This document shows positions 25,987-36,862 of a stretch of DNA of 64,000 nt, in pieces. A model generated the notes under the pieces. The model was not told the origin of the DNA. It made no database searches and saw nothing but the letters and a program-made list of their open reading frames with translations. The DNA comes from Macrostomum lignano (lineage: Eukaryota). The stretch lies in contig NIVC01001730.1 of the NCBI GenBank assembly GCA_002269645.1, forward strand, positions 124,001 through 188,000, written 5' to 3'. The stretch's first letter is position 1; each line of letters starts with the position of its first letter. The position numbers and the translations under genes were made by a program.

Positions 25987-26910
25987 ACCGGACGGCCTAT
26001 CGGACTTCTTCTTTGAGACATCCTCCGGGGTGCTTCAGAGAGATACGCTTGCGCCGTTCCTGTTCGTTCTGGTGCTTGACTGGGTGCTGCGGACCGCTCT
26101 TCCTACCAACGACGATGGCTTTCTGTTGCGGCGACGCGTGGGTCGACGTCAACCGGAGAGGCGGCTCAGCGTGCTTGGCTACGCTGACGATCTCGCCCTG
26201 CTGTCCACAACTGTCGAGGGCGCCCAGCGACAACTGGACAAGCTAGTTGCTGTTGCGACGAGTGCCGGCCTGGTGGTCAACACGCGGAGGACCGTCGTGC
26301 TCTGCGTGCCGGACGACATCGAGGCTGCGATTTTGTGCCGAGGTGCTGATGGACAGGCGACAGAGCTTCCGCTTTGTCAGCAGTTCGTCTACCTCGGCGG
26401 TCTGGTTCCCGGCGTCCGCGAGGATTTTCGACATCGCCGTGGGCTTGCCTGGGCTGCCTTTCGTTCTGTGAGGGCAGTCCTGCAGTCCGAGGCCTTACCT
26501 GACCGCCAGAGGGCGGCGTTGTTCCAGGTGGTGATAGAGACCATCCTGCTGTACAACGCCGAGACCTGGACGCTGACGGAGTCGCTCGAGCAACAAGTTG
26601 ACGCGGCGCACTCTGGCCTGCTGCGCGCCAGCTTCAAGATCGGCTACGAGCAAGTGACCAACGCGGCTTTGTATCGGCGCGCCGGCCTGGTCCGCCCAAG
26701 CAACTTGTTGCGCCGTCGGCGACTCCAGCTGGCAGGCCACATCATCCGCGCCGAGTTGTACTGCCCAGAGCCGGTGCAGGTGCTGCTGCTAATGCTGCAG
26801 GCACCCTGCCGGCGGGGCAGGCGCGCATTTGGCGTTTCGTTGACTGCCTGCTGGCTGACGCCATCGGCGTGGCGTTCATTCGCGACCTGGCCTTGAGGCG
26901 CACACTATGA
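25987..26910 (+). mobile_element. Truncated RTE-like non-LTR retrotransposon RT fragment
   Basis: GVLQ(R)DTLAPFLF, YADDLALL, FVYLG, LLYNAETWTL, RRLQLAGHIIR. 5' half of the RT absent and a frameshift near the 3' end. No TSD identified. Confidence 0.88.
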
Positions 26911-27394
26911 CTCTAACTGTATTCTGTTGTTGTAGCAAAATGGTAGGCCTATCTCATATATCTTAGTGATAGCTAAATGTTTAGAGTTATTAAACTAGAT
27001 AAGGCCTAATAAATTCTTGTGCTATAGCATTGTGGCACTAAATATACAATATTATTGCCAAAACTATTGGTAGGCTCCCGATTATACTTCAAATACACTG
27101 TGCATATGGCATATGACTAACTACATAGGAACTTTTATATAACAATTTCTCCCAAAATAGCTTCTTTGAAAGTATGACTAAATTTAAAGAAGAAGAATAA
27201 TAGACCACATATTTAAATGAAAGAAATACTAATAGACTACTACTAGATAATTGCAATACACTATTATAATTGCTTTGTAGAAGCAAAAAAATAAACAATA
27301 TAAATGCCTCAAAATAAACTATAACTTTATATAAGATAGGATAATATTATAGCAAATAGACCTAGCAATAGTAAAATTTGTCAAGATACCTCAC

Positions 27395-27780
27395 CATTTG
27401 CCTTTGACCTTGCCTGTGTAGTTCTTGCAGCTTAAGCAATAGCATTTTGCATAGCAGCTCAAAGTAATAGGCCTCCAACTAGATGACATGGCTAGCTAGT
27501 TAAAGTTATCCTCCATATAGTGCAATTCAGAAAGCCATATCAAGTGTGCCATTATGTAGAGCATAACATTGGTCTTGCTATTTAGGCTGACTGAATTTTG
27601 GAAGTTGCACATGTATGTTTAAAAATTCCTGGTATATTGGCATACAAATTTGAATGTTGTTGAGATATGTCCCAGATAAAATTACCTAGTCACACCATTA
27701 CCTAACATTAAAGTACTACCCTCATGTTGTGATATAGCATTATTTATAACAAACAATTTAGCTATTAGTACATGTAAAAA
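27395..27780 (-). pseudogene. Decayed coding exon remnant with in-frame stops
   Basis: Reading frame ...FYLGHISTTFKF...NVMLYIMAHLIWLSELHY...WRPITLSCYAKCYCLSCKNY... broken by TAA/TAG and ending at a TG|gtgagg donor. Family not recognised. Confidence 0.4.
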
Positions 27781-29297
27781 TATTAATTCATTCACTTGTT
27801 TCATATTTTTGGACTCTAAAAATAGAAAGGAATCAAATTCAAGCAAAAAAGAATTTACCAAATTATTCTATAAGATAGCCTCCATTTTTCTAGTCTATAT
27901 AATGCTTGGTTTTTTCAACATAACAAATAGTATACTAGTCTAGTACTCAAGGCCAAGGACCACTTAAGCCACACTCTAGATTATATAGTATATTCATAAA
28001 TTTTTGGGCATGCATTGGCCTTGCATACCAAAAGTTAGACATGCATAGTTGGCATGCATTACTCTTAAAAAGATAAGTGTGTGTGCACACCTGGCATGCA
28101 CTTTATGACATCACGTGGAAGATTGTTGCTAGGCCTAAGTGGAAAAAATTCTAAAAAATATAGAAAAGTTCATTTTTAAGCTTAAAAGCTTTCCAGTTTT
28201 TAAGCTTATAATAAAGCTTCTAAACAAATGTTTATGTGTATGAATTTTCTATTGTAAATAGTATAGGCAAAAAAATGAAATAATAAACCAAGTTATTAGC
28301 CAAAAAGGTCTTTTATGCAATGCAAAAAGGTCATTCACTGTTGCAACACAAAAAGGTCATTCAATGTTGCAACACTGGCCTAGATTTGAGTATGGGTATG
28401 CACTCAATTTTTTTGGCGCATATTTGTAATTATTCATTTTTTGTTTGAGTATGTACCTAGCATGATCTAGACTATGGCACTCAAGGACTATAAAGACTCA
28501 AGCCATTAAGGAGATGCTCATTCTTAGTTTAATGATGGAAAATTTCTGATCGAATGGTGCAAGTTTGCTAAAAATTGGTTGAGATACTTACCTACCTACC
28601 TACAGACAACTCATTTTTAGTATTGGGACTATAACAAAAATGTAATAGAATCTACTTTGTTACTAAAGTGGCTATTACCAAAGTGGATTATATTTGAGTC
28701 AAGTTTTGTTATGTTTTATGATTTTTAAGCATCAAGTACAGATCCATGCAGAAAATTTTGAATAGGGGGCACAGATTACTAAGCCCCTAAGGTACATATA
28801 TATAAAGTATACACAATAAAGTATTTTCCATATAAACAAAAAAAATTCAAACTTAACATTGGCATTGACAGGGGGCACCTTGTGCACCTCCTCCTAAATC
28901 TACGACTACCACTATTAAGCATAAATGATATGTACATAGGATATAAAATTAAACATACATAGATAATATAATCCTAATTTTATTTTATAAACATTTATAA
29001 GCTTATAAATGCCTGTCACCTTTTGCCTATTGCCTTTATGATCTGTAAGCCAAGCCATGAATATCAATCAATAGAGCTAGGCCTATATATAGCCTATAGG
29101 GTTTGTTCTGTAAAGCCATCGTAAGATAAGATCATTCTTAGCTCCTATCTCCACAGTGTAAAAGTTCCAACATATGATTGAACTTATGCTAGGCTAGGGG
29201 GGGGGGGCCTACAACTTAATATAATAGTACGACCTCATATTGTCTAAGCCTACTATACTAGAGCTGGAGCAGGCTGTATAAATAAAGGCAAGACATA

Positions 29298-29708
29298 GGC
29301 CTATCCCATATTGCGGAAGGTTTTCTGTGTACGCCGGACACATTTTTATTGAATTTTCAATTGTACGCCAACAGATTTTAAATGTACGGCAACTTAAAAA
29401 ACTGTAAAAAAAATCAGCGAATATTTAAATTTAAATTTAAACTACAAAAATTGATAACGACATGACGATTGTCGTGACAACTCCGGTAATTAAAATGATT
29501 GGTAGATGAGAAAATAATAGCAGAAAAAATAGTTTTTGAAATAACTTAACACAGAAAAAGCACTAAAAAATTCATTATATTAATTTCTACGCCAGTCACA
29601 TACACCACACTGTACGCCACACTGTACACAGCCAAGAAATGTACGCTGGTGTACGCCACGGAAATCAAGTGTACGCCGGAATTTGGGGCCTATCCGCAAA
29701 ATGGGGCC
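29298..29708. mobile_element. ~400-bp MITE-like insertion inside an older repeat
   Basis: Inverted ends CCCATATTGCGGAAGG and CCCATTTTGCGGATAGG. The flanks match the uninterrupted paralog at 36031-36094 (minus strand). Confidence 0.75.
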
Positions 29709-32057
29709 TATCAAAAGATAACATTGGGTCTTCCTTCTATCGAAGGCAATAACAATTTTTGTGCTGAAAAATGAAAATGTCCTAGCCTATATATCCTTAT
29801 GTATTCTTAATTTCTCTGGTAAAACCTACCTTCTTAAAATTTCCTTAAGACTTAAAATTAAAAATTAAAAATTTTAAGTCTTAAAATGACTTAAACGTAG
29901 TTACCATCCTACGTAAGTAATCCTTGGTGGTGCTCTGGTCACTTCAGAGCAACAAAATGAAACACTTGCAACGAGTTACATTGGAACAGATTATTTTAAG
30001 CGACTAACTCAATGGGCCAGCTGATCAGCACGAAAAACCACATTAGCACGACTGAATGTTCCACCTTCGACAAAGGTTCTTATCATTTTATATCGAGCAC
30101 AGTTGTCAGTGCCAATGCTACAAATTGGTAGCAAGTCAATTCGCCAAAAGTGAAAGACTGTCATTCTGTCATATATTTTGGCATATAATCAGAATAATTG
30201 AACATCAAAAACCTATCTAAAAACATTCGATAGTATCAATCCATGCAGTAAAAGTGATTAAAAACTTTAAAATGGAAGTGACTAACTTGATCAAAAAGAT
30301 TTTATAGTGTCAGTCTATCGTTATTTACGCATTTTGTTGTGTCAACTGTTTTCTAAAAAAAAATGAATGTTTCGTGACTTCAGCCATATTTTTTGTTAAG
30401 AGTAAACAGGTCTCCATGTTTCCTCCTACTAAATAGGCCTAAGCGCCATCTTGGCAGAAAGCCCAAACTGTTCCTAACTGCTGGAAAAACATATGGGACT
30501 TCTAACACTTCTTGAACTACAAAAAATGGGAAGTATTTTATATACCTAAAGTTCAAGAAAACAAAAAAGTCCCTATTCCTAGAAATCCTAGGCCTATCCA
30601 TAATAGCCATTCATTTAAAGGCGTGGCCATCTTGGTCATGCATCGTTGCCCTAGCCTACCAGACAAGAGATATGCTAGTCAATCGTTTATTTATAGGCTA
30701 GTACTTTAGGCTTGATCTAATTCATTGATAAAATAATCATCCCCAATACGGCAATAGGCCTAATCATCCCTACTACTACCATAATCTCATGGAGGCCCTT
30801 TTTAGTGAAAATCTGTGGCATATCCATTTCTACCAACATGTAGGCCTAGCCACATACATAGTGTGCTGTGCACTACTTTTATTGTTGCAACTGCAAAATG
30901 GTCCTTTATTGTTGCAATGCCCAATGGGGCCTTGCATCATCTGCATGGAAAACAGGACTGCTAGCTACGCACTGTGTGCAACTTGTGTGGCAGCCAAAAA
31001 TGTTCTCAAAAATATTCTCCAAAATACTTTAAATGTGTATTTTTAGCATAATTTTATAATTTAGTATGATTTTAATTTTAGTAAACTTCCTCAGTTTTAA
31101 AAAAACATATACATCATTTCTTTATATATTACATATTCTTTTATAGGTAGAAATATTACAATTTGTATTAAAATCTCAGAAAACTCAGAAATTTATAATA
31201 AAATATTGACACAAAGACAAAAAATTCTATGCCTTATAGTTATAAGACTGATAGGCCTAGCAAATAAGGCTTATAGTTTATTAGCTAAATTTTTATATGA
31301 AATGTTTATCTTAAAATTTTTCCTTATGAAAATAGAAAAGCAACAAAATTAATTGACATATTGTATATAATCTTTAAAAGAATCACTTTATATTATATAT
31401 TTACTTGAAGTTGCCTTTTTGTGATGCCTCAATATAAAGATAAGGAAATAGAAGAATCAAACCTTTGAAAAAGAGCCTGCCAGGCATCAGTGAGACCACA
31501 GAGGATTTATAAAAATAGTGCAGCAGGATTTGTAAGTGTTTTAATGGCTAGGCCTATATGTACTTTTTTAGAAACTAGGGGGCCTAATATAGTAAAAAGC
31601 CATAAACAAAGACAAACAATGGATACTCCAGTCTCCAGTAATATCAGTTAAAACTTTTTATTCACTTTTTTTAATTGATGTAGCAATTGCTACACTGTGC
31701 TTGTACTCATTCACTTCTTTGACTTCTTATTCTTGCTAGAGCATTTAGTGTGACTGTCTTTTACAGTTGTTTATTTCTAGTATTAGTATTATAAAACATT
31801 TCTTGTACCAACCTTTGCATTTTGTTGATGGCCTACTACTCTGCAGCTACATTCGTGGCATTTTGCTTCTGCTTTTCAAGCTCTGCAATCTTTGCCCGCT
31901 GCTTCTCTGGTTCCTGATTTAGTCTTTTTAACTCACTCTCTTGTTGCTTTGCCCTAGCACATTCTTCAGCTTTGGCACAGGCATCAAAGCCAAATACCAA
32001 TAAAGATTGATTGATGTTGAAATTGCTTGGTCTGGCACCACTTGACTTTAGCTATAA

Positions 32058-32600
32058 CTTTGCCAAGAGGCTATCTAGTGTAAAATCTAAAAGCTAGTTT
32101 CTCTGTCTAGTTAGGTTTTTTGTAATCCGCTTGATTGCATGCTCACTATCAGTGTTTCTATAAGGAAGACTGCAAACAAACTGCGTGGCCTAGCTAAGAA
32201 TGAAGTGAAAAGCCTTCTAGTGGCAAAATAGCCTAAAGTTTATCTGGCTCATTCATGCCAGCAATTTCAACAACTATTGAGAGTTTGAGACACTAACTTA
32301 GTTATCTCCAGTCAAAGGTCATCTATGCAAGCTGATTTAATTACCTTCAGCAAGGCTTTAGCAGTGTTTAGAATAGTACATTTGGTGTTTAACTGTGAAC
32401 CCAGAAGTTTGCTAGGGTCTAAGAAGCTCAAAACTTGTAGAAATTTGTTCTAGAGTGGTAGATAAGTAAATAGAAGTCACAAACAGCTTAAAAAACCCAA
32501 TTTGATCAAGCTTAGATAACTGGCTAATAGTGCTTCTGGTGGAACTTGAACTAGGTTTTCCAGAACTACTTTATAGTTTCAATTTTTATTTTTAGTGCAG
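32058..32600 (-). pseudogene. Decayed hAT-family transposase C-terminus (dimerisation region)
   Basis: LPYRNTDSEHAIKRITKNLTRQRN*LLDFTLDSLLAK resembles the PHSNA..ER.FS.....T..RN.L...TL.SLL..K pattern; LSFLDP lies upstream. Multiple stops. Confidence 0.55.
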
Positions 32601-33054
32601 AAATGACCAAAAAGTACTGTAAAACCAAAATAGTTGTGCAGTTGAGCAGAAAACTAAAATTGGCAGGTATGGTTGCATTGCTAGCCACTGGATTAGGTAA
32701 AGTTAAATGAGAAAAACGTCAAATACATGAAACAGAATAGAATGAGATCTAATGAAGATGGTCCCAAATTCTTTTGTTGTTAGAGATTGAATGGAACTTT
32801 TTTATATATGCTTAGTAATTAATGATAATAATAAGCAAGTGCTATGAATGTTTAACTTTTTCTATTTTTAATCTATTAAGAATTTGCTTTCAGGTTGGAT
32901 AATCAACACTATTGAATATGCTCAATAGATTTTTATTGTGCTGAATATTTTTGCTTTTTAACACTTTAGAAAAGTATTTGAAGTACATAACATTTTCATG
33001 TATTTCTAATGTCTCCTAATAATAAATTAATTCTTTCCAGATTGTAAGTGGAAA

Positions 33055-33087
33055 ATGTCTAAGCGAAATGTGAGTAACATTGAAAAT
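33055..33087 (+). CDS. WDR76: WDR76 exon 1 (MSKRNVSNIEN)
   Basis: ATG after ttctttccag; AAT|gtaagt donor in phase 0. An alternative phase-0 donor AAT|gtgagt lies at 33070. Confidence 0.6.
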
Positions 33088-33252
33088 GTAAGTTGTTTTT
33101 GTGTTTTGTTTTTGTGGAAGCCATTATGAATTGTATTTTGCCATGTTGCATGTTGCTATTTAAAATAGTTCTATTGTCAAAAAGTTGTATTTTTTATTTG
33201 TAGACAATATTCTACTCTCAGTAGTTAAATAACGGTTCATTTATATACACAG

Positions 33253-33390
33253 GTGCCTGCTCCTGCTGGTCCAAGCGCCAAAGCGCCTCGGATTGCAAGT
33301 GGCGGAAATTCCATGTCGGAATATGAGCGAGCTCGCCTGCAGAGGATTAACGAAAATCAGGCACTACTTGGCAATCTAAATATCGCGCTA
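33253..33390 (+). CDS. WDR76: WDR76 exon 2
   Basis: acacag|GTG...CTA|gtaagt. SEYERARLQRINENQALL matches the WDR76/CMR1 N-terminal YER.RL..I.EN motif. Confidence 0.85.
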
Positions 33391-33462
33391 GTAAGTTTCA
33401 ATAACTGCAATAAATTAGAAACAACAGCAGTACAGGATATGATGCCCCTTTTGACATTGCAG

Positions 33463-33497
33463 CCTCGCTTCAAGCCAACACCTGCGCCAGTAAAACC
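33463..33497 (+). CDS. WDR76: WDR76 exon 3 (35-nt microexon)
   Basis: attgcag|CCT...CC|gtaagt; phase 2 matches the next exon. Confidence 0.7.
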
Positions 33498-34176
33498 GTA
33501 AGTGATATTAAAGTTGGCACCTTTTTAATAACACTTCAATGCAGGCCTTTTCACAACGAATAGTCGAATGTTGCTTAGATATAGTATATACTAGCACACC
33601 TGGACCCATTAACCTATTTTCTCTAACAATTAAACAATCACGTACATCTGGCTGTCGCTTTTTGATGACAGGAAATCCCAGTTGTACATATGTAGCCATA
33701 GCAACTCTCGAGATCCCATCATTAAACACCGCTAGTCCCTTAAAAGTAGGCTGGATCACCATGGGGGTATTCCCTAAATCGAAAACCACCTCCGTTATTC
33801 ACAAAATATCTCGGCATCTAGAGGTCAAAGATCACATTCCTCGCGAATTTGTGTTATATAGACATATAATTATGCTCGTAAAACAAAGCAATCCAGCTAA
33901 AGCGCATGAATGTTTGTTGTTGTTGTCTAATACATTGGTTTTCGTCCTTTAGTTTTACAGTAACTTTGAAAAGTGCATTTCAAAAAAGAAATACCATTGA
34001 TTAGCTAGGAAACGGACCCGTTTTTTGCCCATTTTCACAGGTAAATTTTCTAGGTAGAGATTTCAGAAATGAACCAATTTGCTGAAAAATTTACCAAGCG
34101 GTTCGCTTTTAAATGCATTAGAATCAAACAAATCAGATCGAGCAGATCGAGCTTTAGTATATTGGATAAATGGTAT

Positions 34177-34541
34177 ATATTCCCCATTTATTTTGTTGTC
34201 TAGCGGGCAAAAGCAAGAGGTGTCTCGTTTATTGACCGAGGCGAAGCCGAGGTCAATGATCGAGACACCGAGTGCTTTTGGCCCTAGACAGCTAAATGAG
34301 TGGGGAATATGATATGTATCCCCCGTTCGTTGTCTATGGTTGTTGTCTCGAATTTAGCAGCCCGCGGGGCAGCGGGAAATAAATGATTTATTCACCTAGG
34401 GAAATAAATGAAAACATGCGTCACATAGACACTCGCCCGGGGCAAAAGGGGGATACATAATCAGCGGTCCCAGTACGTGACAACGATTGTCTGGCGAGCG
34501 CCGGTAGACGCGAGCCATAGACAAATCGTTGTCACGTGCTG
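34177..34541. mobile_element. Palindromic non-autonomous element (three consecutive hairpins)
   Basis: Arms 34177-34310 centred on ccgaggcgaagccgagg; 34313-34324 pairs with 34448-34459; a third hairpin at 34476-34537. Confidence 0.65.
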
Positions 34542-34741
34542 CGACTGCTGATTCTTTGCATTGTTTTTCTGTTTGACGATCCTACATACAATGCATTTTT
34601 TGTAGTAATGGATTGTTCTGCATTAAAAATGTGAATAATGATCGTCAAATTGCTAAATAATGTATATTACTTTAGAGATTAAGTATAGGTGGATAATCTG
34701 TGAGAGAAGTTAGCTGTGAGAAAATCACTGACTGAAAGTCT

Positions 34742-35677
34742 TGGCTGAAAGGTTTTTCAGTTTGGCTGAATTCATTTACAGGAGCGGGACAGCCAGCCGG
34801 TGTGTCCTAAATAGTCTATGGTAGAAGCCGCCGAAGTGAAGGCAAAATCTCCATTGGCTGAAAGGTTTTTCAGTTTGGCTGAATTCATTTACAGGAGCGG
34901 GACAGCCAGCCGGTGTGTCCTAAATAGTCTATGGTAGAAGCCGCCGAAGTGAAGGCAAAATCTCCATTGGCTGAAAGGTTTTTCAGTTTGGCTGAATTCA
35001 TTTACAGGAGTGGGACAGCTAGCCGGTGTGTCCTAAATAGTCTATGGTAGAAGCCGCCGAAGTGAAGGCAAAATCTCCATTGGCTGAAAGGTTTTTCAGT
35101 TTGGCTGAATTCATTTACAGGAGCGGGACAGCTAGCCGGTGTGTCCTAAATAGTCTATGGTAGAAGCCGCCTAAGTGAAGGCAAAATCTCCATTGGCTGA
35201 AAGGTTTTTCAGTTTGGCTGAATTCATTTACAGGAGCGGGACAGCTAGCCGGTGTGTCCTAAATAGTCTATGGTAGAAGCCGCCGAAGTGAAGGCAAAAT
35301 CTCCATTGGCTGAAAGGTTTTTCAGTTTGGCTGAATTCATTTACAGGAGCGGGACAGCTAGCCGGTGTGTCCTAAATAGTCTATGGTAGAAGCCGCCGAA
35401 GTGAAGGCAAAATCTCCATTGGCTGAAAGGTTTTTCAGTTTGGCTGAATTCATTTACAGGAGTGGGACAGCTAGCCGGTGTGTCCTAAATAGTCTATGGT
35501 AGAAGCCGCCGAAGTGAAGGCAAAATCTCCATTGGCTGAAAGGTTTTTCAGTTTGGCTGAATTCATTTACAGGAGCGGGACAGCTAGCCGGTGTGTCCTA
35601 AATAGTCTATGGTAGAAGCCGCCTAAGTGAAGGCAAAATCTCCATTGGCTGAAAGGTTTTTCAGTTTGGCTGAATTC
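34742..35677. repeat. 113-bp tandem repeat, about 8.3 near-identical copies (WDR76 intron 3)
   Basis: tggctgaaagg recurs at 34742, 34855, 34968 ... 35646. Confidence 0.97.
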
Positions 35678-36030
35678 AATCACAAAAAGCTATAATTGAG
35701 ACTCAGCAATCTGCATGCATGCAGCAGATAGCCGAATCTCAACTAGATTGGCCAAATTCTCAAATTGATTGCTCCAAAGTCCCTAATTTGAGCCATCACA
35801 AAACACTTTTCGATGATATGATGAAATTTTTAATTAGGGAAGCTTCGCATCATTGAAAAGTTTCCAAGAGTTGGAAGAAACTTCAAAAGTTGAAGAGTTT
35901 CCAAGGTCTAATCAAGTAGAAAGATGGGAAACTACGTTTCTTGGAAAAAATGGAGACCGATTTTACCGAAAAAATACATTATGGAGATAGGTTTCATTTT
36001 CAGCACAATTGTCATTGCTTTTAATAGAAG

Positions 36031-36360
36031 GGAGACCCAATGTTCATCTTTTGATATGACTTGCCTTTCTTATAGCTCTATTGATATTCATAAAGCTTTT
36101 CGTTAAAAAAAACTAGGATTCCATGTTAATTTTATATTCTACTTACATCTATCTATTTTTATGATTCTGAGCTCAATGACTGTGTAACAGTTGTGTAACA
36201 GAATAATAAAATAGATATTCATAAAACCAATGAGCCGGTTTGTGCCTTTTATTTTTTATGCACAGGGCATGTACGTAGGATTTTTGAATATCAATAGAGC
36301 TACAAAAAGGCAAGACATATCGAAAGCAATAACATTTTTTGTGCTGAAAAATGAAAACTT
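36031..36360. repeat. Inverted-repeat (foldback) element; family also present at about 29058-29780
   Basis: 36049-36094 is the reverse complement of about 36281-36325 (gaatatcaatagagcta..aaaggcaag.catatc). Confidence 0.7.
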
Positions 36361-36533
36361 ATTATGCCTGTTAGAACTCCTAAAAAACGTAGTTTCCCGT
36401 CTTTCTACTTGAGTAGTCCTTGAGAGTTTCAAGCTTGCGTAAACGCCTCCCTCACCCCTTCTATTAAGCCGACCGTAGCACTCCAACATGTCTAACTTAT
36501 TACTGATTAATCCGGCCTGCTCCATTTATCCAG

Positions 36534-36862
36534 CCGAGTGCGCCCGCTGCCTACTACTACTAGTAGCAGTTCCAATGTCGGAATTGATGAAGAGTACCAG
36601 CCGCCTAGCGCTAAGCAGCCGCGCCGTGCCTCGGTTAGACGCGCGCCAAAGCGTCGCAGCGCCCGCATCGCCGCCGCCGATAGGATTAAGCGGGCGTCGA
36701 CTAACAGCCTGGACGGCGACGTTCTACTGCCGCCGTCGCCGAAGAGGCGAAGCCGTCGAATTGGCGCGATGGCGCCGAACAGTGCCGCGCTAGGCGAGAC
36801 AGCATCGACGTCGGACAGCGCTGATGAAGCCGAATCGGAATCCGACGATGAACCGGAACGAG
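36534..36862 (+). CDS. WDR76: WDR76 exon 4 (basic and acidic low-complexity region)
   Basis: atccag|C CGA...CGA G|gtatga. RRSARI-type basic motifs followed by an acidic stretch. Confidence 0.82.

Noticed and set aside
25987-26910. RT fragment as an active or domesticated reverse transcriptase
   Set aside because: It is 5'-truncated, has Q-R-D instead of Q-G-D and a frameshifted C-terminus, although YADD is intact.
33508-33952. Overlapping 93- and 137-aa ORFs in WDR76 intron 3
   Set aside because: No recognisable motif, AT-rich, and no fitting splice phases.
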